A DNA stretch of 64,000 bases from Lama guanicoe. Lineage: Eukaryota. The stretch is taken from positions 4,421,229 through 4,485,228 of the forward strand of contig MU053379.1 of NCBI GenBank assembly GCA_013239625.1, written 5' to 3'. Shown piece by piece: positions 11,201-21,879 of the stretch. Position 1 is the first letter of the stretch. Every line of letters starts with the position of its first letter. The notes beneath the pieces are model-generated. The model made no database searches, was not told the origin of the DNA, and saw nothing but the letters and a program-made list of their open reading frames with translations. The position numbers and the translations under genes were made by a program.

Positions 11201-14200
11201 GGGAGGGCTCTCTTGAAAGTGGGAACCAATATAAAAAAGTTCAAGGTCGTCAGCCGTGTTGCCCGGAATGGGAACATTGGGCCCTAAGTAGAACCCGAGG
11301 CTTCCGTCTGCAGCACACCGTGGGCACCTGCCCCGCAGCGTGGCAAGGTGTGGACGGTGCGCCGGGTGGAGGGGGAAGACGGGCCTGGGGACACGCAGAC
11401 CCGGGCAGGTCACCGCTCATCAGCCCAGCGTGGCTGCAGGGAAGCTGTGTGGTCCCCAGAGAGAGGGCGGAACAATAGCGTCCCCCGGGGTGTGCAGGGC
11501 CACCCAGGACAGCTCCCCGCTCAGACGTGACCAGCCGGCAGGGGAGGGGGCGGGGGTGGGTGGTGCAGGGAGCTGGGGCCAGGGCGGAGCCCTGTGGGCT
11601 TGTCTTAGTTTGCAGAGCTTTTTTGCATCAGGCTTCCTTTAGCCGCTCCGAGAAGACTGTGATTTCTTTCCAGCCTACTTTTATGGGAGTATAATTTACA
11701 GATAGTGAAAGCCACTCTTTCTAGGCTAACGGTTTTATAAATTTTGACACTTACAAGTTTACCATTGTGTGTCTGCAGACACATCCTTTCCTCGTGGTGG
11801 CCGTGATCCGTGCCCTGTGGAGGCAGCTGGCAACAGGCTGGGGAGACAGAATTGGGGGTGGTGCACCCCAGATCGAGGGAGGCCAACCGCCCCGTTTCCT
11901 GGGCTCAGTCCCCAAGCAGGGAGCTCCGCCCTCTCGACCACCTGCATCTGAAGCCACGCCCTGGGCTCCAGACCACAGACCACAGGCCTGGGCTTCGCAA
12001 GGCCTGGGCAGGACGCTGCCACCCATCCCCCAGCCAGGGCCCAGAGCCTGGCCCCAGGGCGTCATCGCCGTGGACCCCAGTTTGGAGTCTCGGTGTTTCC
12101 ACTGGGCTCTGAGCCCCTTCTGCTCCTGCTGGCCTGTTTCCACCGTGTTCAGGGCCGCGAGGGGCCTAACCATCCCCAGGGATCTGCTGACTTTCACAAT
12201 CACACTTTCAACGGATTTGGATGCCGTTACAGCCTGATGTTAAAACAATATTTCATTTCTCCTCTGAGAGGAAGTCTGTTGTTTGCCTGCCTCCGATCCT
12301 GCTGGCCGAGAAAAGGAAGACGGACTCTCTCAAAACAAAGAGACAGGGCTGCACCCGGTGCGCGTTCTGAGGGAGACAGGCAGAGCCGGGTGTGGCCCGC
12401 ATCATTTGATGAGGAAACGCTGAGAAGGTCAGGGCGGGTTCCCAGCTGAGCTGGGCCCCCCGCCGAGTCGGACCACCACGGAAACATGTTCTCACGTCTT
12501 CTTTGTAACCACAGCTCCCCTGGAGAGGACATAACGATTGACCCCCACTGGACACAAGACCAGTGCGGCCTTGGGTGTCTCTGCACCGAAGGGGGTGCAG
12601 GAGCCGCGGGAAGGGCTGTGGCCGTCGGAGGGGCACATGGGCAGCAGTGTCCCTCCCTGCCCTCCAGGGTCCCGACTCCTGGTCACATCCCTCGGGATGT
12701 CACACAGAGACTGTGTGATGTGCTGTGACGCCTTGTTTGAGTTCCCTCCCTCCCTCCGGTGGGCTGCCGGGATTCGGGTCCAGCGGGTCCAGGACTCGTG
12801 GTGAGTGAGCAGGGCTTGGGGGACACATGAGCTGGGTTTCGTTACAACATGCTTGCAGAAAATGAAGAGAGTCGGGCTATCTGGTCATTCTTTGGAAAAA
12901 CTTATCTTTGGGATTCAGGCATGAAAACAGGATTCTCAGTTCAGGGGGCTCCTGAGGGGATCGCGGGGCGCACAGCGAGTGTCTGCGGGGAATGCCGCAT
13001 CCAGCGTGTGTAAACCACTCCTGTGTGAGCAGAGGGAGGTGGGCAGGAGGGAGCTTTCCGGGTCATGAAAATATTCTACGTCTTGATGATGGCAGGGGTC
13101 CCACAAGCGTGCGTCCTTCAGACTCAGAACTGCTCACTGACGCAGGCACGTTTACTGTGTCAGCTTCATGGTACTTTTCAGAAGACCCCAGTGCGCGGCC
13201 GGGCTGCAGACCCCGGTGCCTCTAGCTCCCGCCAGTGACAAGCGCCCCAGCGGGCCTCGGCTCCCCCACCATAGCCGGGCACGCGGGGAGTCCAGGATGC
13301 CCCTCCCCAGACCACGGCACAGCCTCCCTTGAGCGGAGGGAGGGAGGCGGCCGCCGTCACTGGCCCGAGGGGCCTCCTCTGCCTGGCAGCCGCAGATTTG
13401 GTCCCTGGAACCTGTGACTCCCCTGGGGGTTAGGTGCCCAGACCCACTGCCCACTGCGCTGCCCAGGCGAGGACAGCATTGGCTCCAAGTCCCATGGCGA
13501 ACGTCGCAGACCCTGGTCTGGCTCCTCGTTGAGAACCGAAGGCCCTTTTCTCTTTGGTGGGTTCCCCTTTGGTGTTGTAGACTCGAGGCCCCACGTGGCG
13601 GCTGAGGGGAGAGGAGGTGCTTTGGGGTGTGGTCGCCCCTTCTCTGCGGCCTCCCTGGAAGCCTGGTGAGGGGGCTCTGCCCCGCCAGACTTTGTGGGCT
13701 GGTGGGCAGGGAGCATAGGCCTTTGCAGTGGACTTTACAGCTGAGGTGGGGCCACCTCCCCGCTGTGCGGACACCTCCTTCCCTCGCTGCCGCTCAATGC
13801 CCCAAGCCCCGCCGGGATCCTCGTCCAGGGTGGACAGCGGCCTTGCTGAGTGACTGCGCCTTGCCTGGGAAGAATGCCTTCACTTGCCGGAAAACTTGAA
13901 CTTGCCATCCAGATGCTCAGGATCCCAACACACTTTTATCCTTTATCCTTATGCATCCGCTAGCCTCCTGGCGCATGTGCAGGCATTTACTGAGCACTTG
14001 CTGTGCGCCAGGCTTGTCTTCAGGGAAGCCCAGCCAGCACCCCGTTTACAGCCTTAGGGGCTGAGGGGTGCCCGTGGCCATGTGACCCCCAGGCGTCAGG
14101 CAGGGATTCAGATCCAGGTGCGCGCGACCCCACGCTCCGCGGCGGCCCTGCCGGACGGAGGGAGCTGTGCAGGTGTCTGACACGCATGTAAGTCTAGAGG

Positions 14201-14249
14201 TAGCTGCTACTTTCTCGAGATGCTTCATGCATTTGCCAAGCTCCTTGGG

Positions 14250-14672
14250 TGGCACACTTGCAGCACCCAGAACTCAGCATCTTTAAGTGGACCTACTGCC
14301 CCCCTCTTTATCCCGCCATTGCACTTCTCCAGCCTCGTCCTGGACCCCCTCCTCCTCGCTCACTTCACTCCACACCCTCAGCCAAGACTCTTCCCAGCGC
14401 AGGGCCTTTGCACGTGCCGCCTTCGGCTCCACATCTGACCCAACCAGCTGCGCCTTCACATCCAGCGTCGTCGGCTGGTCAGGCAGGCCTCTCCAGCCCT
14501 GCGGCACCTTGCTCCTCCTCCCCAGCCCCTCCCATGGCCTCTAAGTTGGGGGGGCGATCACTTCTTGCATGTCTGCCTCTCCCACCAGAGCACAAGCTTC
14601 TCAAGGTCACCATGCCTGTCGCCAACCAACCAGGCACAGAGCACACGCTCCGTGAACACTTGCTGAACTGAT
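14250..14672 (+). mobile_element. L2 LINE 3' fragment
   Basis: 'agggcctttgcacgtgc', 'aagcttctcaaggtca' and terminal 'caggcacagagcacacgctccgtgaacacttgctgaactga' are typical L2 3'-end motifs. Confidence 0.6.
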
Positions 14673-16191
14673 CCAAGGAATTCGGTCTGAGGGCAAAAAA
14701 TTTGCCGTTTGACTCATACAATTGAATTCTGACTCATCCTTGGCCTCCGCCCCCGTGAGCCCTGGAACCCCACTGACAAATGGACATCACCCTGAGATGT
14801 GGGACCTGCAGCCCCGCAGGTGGAACAGGAGGGAGGGACCATGTTTCATAAGGTCCCCCCGGATTTGAAATGCTGGGGCATCGTTTCCAGAGTTAACTCC
14901 AGGTTACACAGTCCTGGTGTCTTTTTCAGAGAGAGGCCGACGTTACTTGGCTGCTCTGAACATCTCAAGTTTGAGGAGGCCTGCAATCAGGGAGGCTGAG
15001 CTTTCCCCGGACAGGACGTGAGGGGCATCGGGGGGGAGGGGCTGGGCACCCCCCCACCAGCGTCCTGGGGGCCAAAACGCCTCAGTGAGGATTCCTGCCT
15101 CTGAGTCTTGAAAGCGTGTGTTGGTTTTCTTACGTTCTTAAGAAAATACCCCTCCTTTGGAGGAAGAAATCATGGAGCAACGAGCCCTGGAAAGTCAATT
15201 TGACAGCTTCCTGGGCACAGACTCTTCCGAAAAATGGAAGGCCGGGGGGTGCGGACAACCTGCAAGGTGTGGCTCTCTCTCCTGGACCCTTCGCTCGATC
15301 TGTCCTCCCCCGCTTGGCCCCCGCTCACCGAGCTCTTCCTTCGTCTGTGCCTACTCCTGAATCTGGTCTTCTGCCCGCCGAGCGAGCCGGGGCCCGCACA
15401 GCAGCTGCCCACCCCCGCCTCACACAGCCCGGCGCCGCCTCCTCCGGCCAGGGTGGCTGCTGAAGCCCCCGCCCGCGTCTGCACGACAGCAACGGCTCCG
15501 GTTAAAACGGAGAGGTTCGGTGTTTTCCAAATGGTTTTATATATTTAATGTATCTGACCGAACCCAATTTTCTCCTAATTTCTGCTTTCTGAAAGCTTTC
15601 GGAGCACAGCATATAAAATCGGCCTGCTCTACCACCCCCGGGAAGGGGCCCAAGAAGTGTGTGTGCTAGGAAGACAGCGCCTCTCCCCTCCGAGGGAAAC
15701 GAGGAGGCCTTGACACTGCGTGGAACCTTGCGTTCAAGCCACAGGCCAGCCCCTCACGGCTCTGCTGTGTGGATGTCCCCGGGAGCAGACAATGCCAAAC
15801 CATTCGCAAAAGGACACACAGCCAGGATTCTAGAGACGCCCCAGGAAGGGCTGTTTCTTTAACTCATCCCAACAAATAGCTTGATAATGGATTTTAAAGC
15901 ACACAGACGTAAGTCCTGTGTATGAAGTTGTTATTGTTACAGGAAGAAAAAGATAAATATTTGTGCACACAGATATAACGTAAGTCCTGCCACGGTGAAG
16001 GCAAGCGCCTCTGGAAAGATTCCTGAAAGTCTGAGAGGGAGTCATGAGGAGCTGGAACTCGTGACAGGATGGGGGGCGCCTTTAAAGGCACCTCTGGGCA
16101 TCCGCATTGTTCAGAGCCCGTTTAATACGCACAGCGAGGGGCGGGGGAGGGGGGCGGACAAACGCGAAGCCCAAGAGCCCTCAGTTATCTG

Positions 16192-16197
16192 TTTATT
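16192..16197 (-). terminator. THBD poly(A) signal AATAAA (3' UTR ~1.8 kb)
   Basis: TTTATT on the + strand, just downstream (in mRNA sense) of a TGTACATAGTTATTTATTTATTGGAGATA block that I recall as conserved in the THBD 3' UTR. Confidence 0.75.
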
Positions 16198-16249
16198 TTC
16201 TGCATGTGGCGTCAGAAGCAGGGGTTCGCCTGTGTTCTAGTTTATCTCC

Positions 16250-16271
16250 AATAAATAAATAACTATGTACA
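16250..16271 (-). promoter_or_regulatory. THBD 3' UTR AU-rich element (UUAUUUAUUUAUU) with adjacent Pumilio element (UGUACAUA)
   Basis: + strand AATAAATAAATAA at 16250-16262 and TATGTACA at 16264-16271. Confidence 0.7.
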
Positions 16272-16589
16272 CACGTGCTGAGTTCACAACATAGTGGCAG
16301 AAAACCTTTGCTTTACAACAGACACCTTTACGCGACACGTTCCTCCCGCACACCGAAGCGCGCGGCGTCTCACTCCCAGCTCACTCGGAGCGGAGGCCTC
16401 GTGCAGCAGCGTCCGCGCGGGGTGTACCTAGGCGCCTCCGGCAGACAGCAAAGCTGACGTGTGAAGATGCCTCAGTTTCTTGAGAACATAGGGCCTGACT
16501 CGGCCCACTACTTTTTACTGACCCATAGGTGATCTGTCCCAGAAGGTCGGAGCTGCCTGGAACAGCTCCCCTCCAGTTCTGCCGAGCAG

Positions 16590-16690
16590 ACAGCCCCCTG
16601 CTGATCTAGTCAAAATGCAGATTCTGCAGCAGGAGGTGCACAGAGCCTCGGGGTCTGCATTTCCAAGCAGAGGTCCGGGCGGCTCCGCTT
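16590..16690. mobile_element. MER5-like hAT relic inside the THBD 3' UTR
   Basis: 'aaaatgcagattct...tctgcatttccaagcag' is the MER5 signature. Confidence 0.45.
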
Positions 16691-17973
16691 CTTGCCTCGA
16701 GATCCTGTTCCACGTGGCTGGGCAGGCGCCTCGGAAGGGGCAGAAATCCTCAAGGGCCTGATCCAGGTGAGACCCTGGACGCCCAAGAGGCTCCATCCCC
16801 AAACCCCCAAATCCAGAGAACCAGCAGCAACTGGTTTTATGTCGGCCGACAGATTATAAGAACAGTGAGAGTCAAAATGGTCATCAGCCTGAATGGTGCA
16901 GCCCAAACCTTTCTTACACTGTCTCCTGGGCGGGGCTTCCGTCTCACAATGTACAGCAACCACGTGAATGAACGTTTTCAACACTGTCAAAAATAAGTAG
17001 CCACAGTACGGCTAGGAATAACCGTCAGAAAAGACACAGCATAAGAGACTTAACAACGACTGATTTTCAGTCCAAACCAAAGCAACAAGAAAACCCAGAT
17101 TCGTTGTGTAAAAAGCGAAAATAAAAATCTCCTTGGGTGAGTTTCTATGACAGCCCACCAACACTAGCTCAGCAAACGCCTCTCGGGTCTTCATCGTGGT
17201 TAGCATGACGCTGCTCGGAAGCCTGACGCTCCAGGGTAACTGAGCAAAGCTGGTGGGAGAGCGAGTTCCCGACCGTCCGCGGTGTCAGTTTCTTGTGTCT
17301 GCCTCACGTCGGAGTTCTGCCTGGGCAGACAGCCAAGAGTAGAAGGCAGGGCCGACACCGGCCGCTGACTCAGGTGAGTGCTGATTTCCTGGGAGGGAAG
17401 ATTGGGAGAACCGAGCCAGATGAAATGGGGCGCGGCTTCATAAATGCCAGAGAGCTGGGAGAAATTTCACTGAATTTAAGGGCCCCGCGACAGTGGGAGC
17501 GCATAAATGCAGCGAAGAGGAAGGGGAGAGCCGGGAGGAAGGGCGGAGGGATGCAGTGGGTACTGGAGACACTCAGGTAGGGAAAAAGCAGAGACGGAAA
17601 CCCTACATAGTTAAAAAAATAATAATAAATACCGTGGCCACTGTCCGTGACTGGGAACGCTCGCTAGTCCACTGGGGCCGCCCGAACCGATAGCGCTCAG
17701 GCCTCCTGTGCCCCTGGTGAGGCCATGGGCGCTCTGCGGGCTGTCTCTCTAAAACGACCATCTCCGCCCACTTGTGCGGCGACGTCAGGGACGGGCTGGG
17801 CCCTGAGCCGGCCAGTCCCCCTCCCCAGCCCTGTGCAGAAGCCGCGGAAGAAGAGGGGTGAGGGTCTTTTCCAGTTCCAATGCCAGCTAAGGTGCTTTGA
17901 GTAGGAAGGCGGGGCGGGGGGGGGCACCACCAGAGGGCGGAGAGGCGGACACCCGGGGAGGGAAGCAGGCCCC

Positions 17974-19713
17974 TCAGAGTCTCTGAGGCGTCCGCTCGGC
18001 TCCCTCGCGCCGCAGCACCGCCTCCTTGCCCGGCGCCCCGCACTTGTACTCCGGCTCGGCCAGCGAGACGCCTTGCTTCTTGCGCAGGTGGCAGAGGAGC
18101 GCCAGAAGCGCCACGACCAGAGACAGGCTGGCGATGGAGAGGCCCACCAGCACGCCGGAGTGCAGGGGCTCCGCGGGCGGGGGGCGGGGGGTGGCGCCGC
18201 CGGGGGGCGGGCTGCCCGGGGGCTCCCCGGAGCCGCCGTCCTCGGTGCGCTCCACGGCGTGGTCGCCGCCCACCTTGACGGGGTCGCAGTCAGTGGCGAT
18301 CTGGCCGGCGAGCGCGGAGTCGGGCCCGCAGACGCACTCGTAGGAGCCGGGGAGGTTGCGGCACTCGCCGGGGCAGAGGTCACTGCTGCACTCGTCGATG
18401 TCCGTGCACGTGGTCTTCTCGTCCAGGATGTAGCCGTCCGGGCACCGGCAGGACTCCGGGTTGTTGGGGTCGCAGTCCGCCGGGCACGACGTGCGGTTGC
18501 AGAACATCTGGCACCTGTTGGGGTCGTGGGGCACAGGCACGAAGCCCTCGGCGCAGATGCAGCGGTGCTCGGACCGGCCCACGGGCTGGCATTCGTATTC
18601 ACACTTGTTCCCAAAGCACGGGTCCTGGAGCTCCACGCACTCGCCGTCCTGCTGCTCGTAACCAGGGTAGCAGTTGCAACGGAAGCTGCCCTGCTCGTTG
18701 ACACAGTTCTGCGGGCAGGGACTGGGCACCTGCATGCAGTCGTCCACGTCCTCGCACTGGTGCTGGTCGGCAGCCAGCCGGTAGCCGGTGGCGCACATGC
18801 ACGTGTAGTTGGTGGGCGCGTCCGGGGGGCCGGGGACGCAGAAATGCTGGCAGAGTTGGTGGCACCGGTGCTGCGCTGGCTCCGCGCAGGAGCGCCCGTC
18901 CGCCTGCAGGGGGGCGTCTGCCGGGCAGAGGCAGCGCGACTCCCCGGCGCTCTCGTTGCACCCGTGCTGGCAGCCGCCGCTCTCCACGCTGCAGGCCCAG
19001 GCGCCCGGCGTCTCCCGGACCCAGCGCCCCTCAGCCTCCCCGGGCGGCGCCGCGCACTCCAGCTCCAGCCCCAGGGGCGCCACGGCAGCCGAGCTGCCCA
19101 CCGGCAGCGCCTGGAAGTCGGCGCCGCGGTCCCCGAACGGGGTGCTGTAGGTGACGGCGACGCCAGCGGCCGCGGCGCCCGGCTCCACAGCCAGCGGCCG
19201 GCAGGAGGCGGCGTAGTGGAGCTCGCAGAGGAAGCCGTCGGCCTCCGCGCCGCACTGCTGCTCCTCCCAGGCCGGCTCCATGGGCGCGGGGTCCCCCGCC
19301 GCAGAGATGGCGACGCACAGCGGACCGCAGAGGGGAGCCCCGTCGCTCTGCGGCCGCGCCCACTTGCTGTAGCTGGTCCTGTTGTCGCCGGTAACCCACT
19401 GGAAGCCGCGCAGGGGCCCGCGGTGCCCCGGGTCCCCGCAGTCGGGCGGGAGCTGCAGGCCGATCCAGAGGCGCAGGCCGCCGCCACTCAGCAGCAGAGA
19501 GATAACCTCCGCCGCCACTGAGGAGCGCACGGTCATCAGGTGGCCCTGCAGGCGCTCGCAGGCCTGGCTGGCGGCGAGGAAGGTCGCGGGGCCCTGGAAG
19601 AGCGCGAAGCAGTCGCGCTCGATGCACTGGCTGCCGAGGGGACGCGGCTGGAGGGGTGCCGGGAGCCCCAGGCCGGCGGGGGCCAGCACGCCGAGGAACA
19701 GGACGCGGAGCAT
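17974..19713 (-). CDS. THBD: Thrombomodulin (CD141), single-exon CDS, 579 aa
   Basis: Signal peptide MLRVLFLGVLAPAGLG; C-type lectin domain (GHLMTVRSSVAA, LWIGLQLP); six EGF repeats including CQMFCN (Met388 equivalent); GSGEPP glycosaminoglycan site; TM segment; tail RKKQ...ERTPQRL. Good Kozak context ACCATGC. Confidence 0.99.
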   Translation of the reverse strand: MLRVLFLGVLAPAGLGLPAPLQPRPLGSQCIERDCFALFQGPATFLAASQACERLQGHLMTVRSSVAAEVISLLLSGGGLRLWIGLQLPPDCGDPGHRGPLRGFQWVTGDNRTSYSKWARPQSDGAPLCGPLCVAISAAGDPAPMEPAWEEQQCGAEADGFLCELHYAASCRPLAVEPGAAAAGVAVTYSTPFGDRGADFQALPVGSSAAVAPLGLELECAAPPGEAEGRWVRETPGAWACSVESGGCQHGCNESAGESRCLCPADAPLQADGRSCAEPAQHRCHQLCQHFCVPGPPDAPTNYTCMCATGYRLAADQHQCEDVDDCMQVPSPCPQNCVNEQGSFRCNCYPGYEQQDGECVELQDPCFGNKCEYECQPVGRSEHRCICAEGFVPVPHDPNRCQMFCNRTSCPADCDPNNPESCRCPDGYILDEKTTCTDIDECSSDLCPGECRNLPGSYECVCGPDSALAGQIATDCDPVKVGGDHAVERTEDGGSGEPPGSPPPGGATPRPPPAEPLHSGVLVGLSIASLSLVVALLALLCHLRKKQGVSLAEPEYKCGAPGKEAVLRREGAERTPQRL

Positions 19714-19851
19714 GGTGTCTGCGCGCAGGAGCCCGGCCGGGGCCTAGAGGGGCGGGGAGCCGCTGGCGTCCGTCCCAGACCAGACGCGTCCGGCTGCGGC
19801 GCGCAGCCCCGGCGAGGCAGCCTCTGACAGGCCGGAGGGCCCGGGCTCGAG

Positions 19852-20110
19852 TTTATAAGTGCGCGGCCCTCCCTCCCTGGACGTTCGGGAAAAGGAAGGA
19901 AGGGCCTGGTGGGAAGGGCTGATGCTGCATTCTCGGATTACTGGGTTCTCTGGGCGCCCTGCGCCCGCCCTCGCGCCAGGGATCACCTCGCGGGGATGAG
20001 TAAACGCGCCCGGACTGGGAGGTCCTCGGGCGGGGCCGGCAAGCGCAGGCGCCCAGGACGGCCGCACCTCCGTCGGCGGCGCGGCGACAGGGCCCGCCCC
20101 GCCCCGCCGC
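19852..20110 (-). promoter_or_regulatory. THBD proximal promoter: TATAAA (19852-19857), pyrimidine/purine box with GGAA ETS cores, GC boxes (~20091-20110)
   Basis: Minus strand reads ...cccttccttccttttcccgaacgtccagggagggagggccgcgcacTTATAAActcgag, closely matching my recollection of the human THBD core promoter. Tandem CCCGCCCC Sp/KLF sites lie upstream. Confidence 0.85.
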
Positions 20111-21879
20111 TGGGCCCCGGCGAGCGCAGCCCCCCTGAACCTCTCGGTCCTCTTTCTTTCCCTCCATCAGTGTTGTCACCACCTATTTCAAGGCGAGCCT
20201 GGATTGCGGAACTCTGGGACGAGGAGATGGGTCGAGGAGGCCTTGGATGAGGGGTGGGGGACTTAGCGCCCGGGACACAACGGGCTGCGGGAGGGGCTGC
20301 CCACCACCAGGTGGGCCTTGGGAGGGGCTGCCTAGGGCGTGGGCTTCCTCCAAGACGTGATCGCCAAGAGAGCGAGCCAGACCGCCGGCCAGGGCGCCTA
20401 GCTCAGGAGACAGATGCAGGGGGCGTGGGCGGGGCTAGGACTGACCTGACGCCCCGACCCCCGCGCAGGGACCCGAGAGTCCCTGAGCGTGAACTGCCTC
20501 TGCCGGACTTCATCTCGTCAGGTGGGAAAGTCGCAGGGATATCGTCAGGGCGGAAAGGCCCCTCCCCCCTTCAGAAGTGGTGGCCGGTGAGACCCTGCCC
20601 AGCCCTGCGCAGTGGGTGTGCTAGGAGCATGTTGGCCTATTTGGCCTGAGTTTGTCCAGCATCCCAGAGGGACAGTCCACCTCGAACCCCCAAAGGGAGG
20701 GGCGGGGCTCCAGACGGGTCCCACTCAGGTCTGTTTAAAGTTTTCCCGTTTGGCTGAAAGATCAGATCGATGCAAGGGCACGTGTAAAAGCCACTTTATG
20801 GGCAAAGGACATTGAAGAGGGGCGGTCCCTGTGCGCACGCAGAGAGGGGAGCGCTGGGAGGAGGAGATGGGAATCTGTCACTTTCGCGACCTTATCCGCT
20901 TATTCACGCATCAGGAATGCAGAGGGGTAGGTCCAAAACAGAACAGAGTGTGGCAAACTTTTTTTTTTAAACCCCCCCCCCCCGTGCCATCTTCTGCTGT
21001 GGTGACTCACAGTGATACGCCAGGTGGCGGCGCTGTTGATCTCTGAACGAACCCAAAGAGGTTGGAGAGCCTCAAACTTGCTGGGCTGAACCGGTTCAGG
21101 GTGTGGGGAGGCAGAGGCTTCTCCCTGGGCAGGACACAGCGGTCCAGGATACCCCGGCTTACCCGGCATTTGGGCTTCCGCATCCAGCAGAACTTGCGAG
21201 AGAACAGGAGAGTGTGGCGTCCTGTCACGTGGAAGACAAGTACCTGCCTTGGCCGCAGTGACCGAGGGGGTGGGGCTGGGCAGGGCCACTCTGAAAGTGA
21301 AAGGGAGGCACCATGGTCCCGCTACACTCCCTAGGGTGCAGAGCCCGCAGGGCAGAGACCCCTGGATATCCCGCTGCCCCTTTCCCCACAGAAACGGGAT
21401 GCTGAAGTCTGAGTGGGCGCCACCACTCTTCTGGAGGAGAAAGCAAAGACCCCAGGTTGGAGAGCCACGCTGTCCCAGGTGGGAGCAGGGCAGGCGCTGG
21501 CCTGACATTCCACCACGGGCTGTAGGCATGAGTCAGGCGTCACGGCTCAAGTGCACGCCTGCGCCTGAGCAGGGCTGTCTCCCTGCAGCCCTGGAGCTGG
21601 GCGGGTGCCAGACACCAGCTGGTACTCGCTGGACAGAGATCTCAGAGGTGAGTGCACGAGACAAGAAAGGGCACAGGACCAGTCATACCCTTTGCTCAAC
21701 ATTTACAGTGAATTTCAGGACTGGGACAGCAAAGCAGTATGCAGAGGCTGATGCCGTCCTGCCCAGGAGTTGAGAGACGTTCAAGCACCAGGTCTAGCCC
21801 CCACCAGGCTTGGATGGATTCTGGCTGATTCATCGTGGCCCTCTTTGGTGGGATGTCCTATTCAGGTCTCCTTGAGACC

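Larger units (their letters stand above)
17950..20500. other. CpG island covering the THBD CDS and promoter
   Basis: Visibly dense CpG and very high GC throughout; not quantified. Confidence 0.8.

Noticed and set aside
17697-19521. Long alternative-frame (596 aa) and antisense (482 aa) ORFs over THBD
   Set aside because: Shadow ORFs expected from extreme GC3. They have low-complexity Ala/Arg/Pro/Gly content and no recognisable domain.
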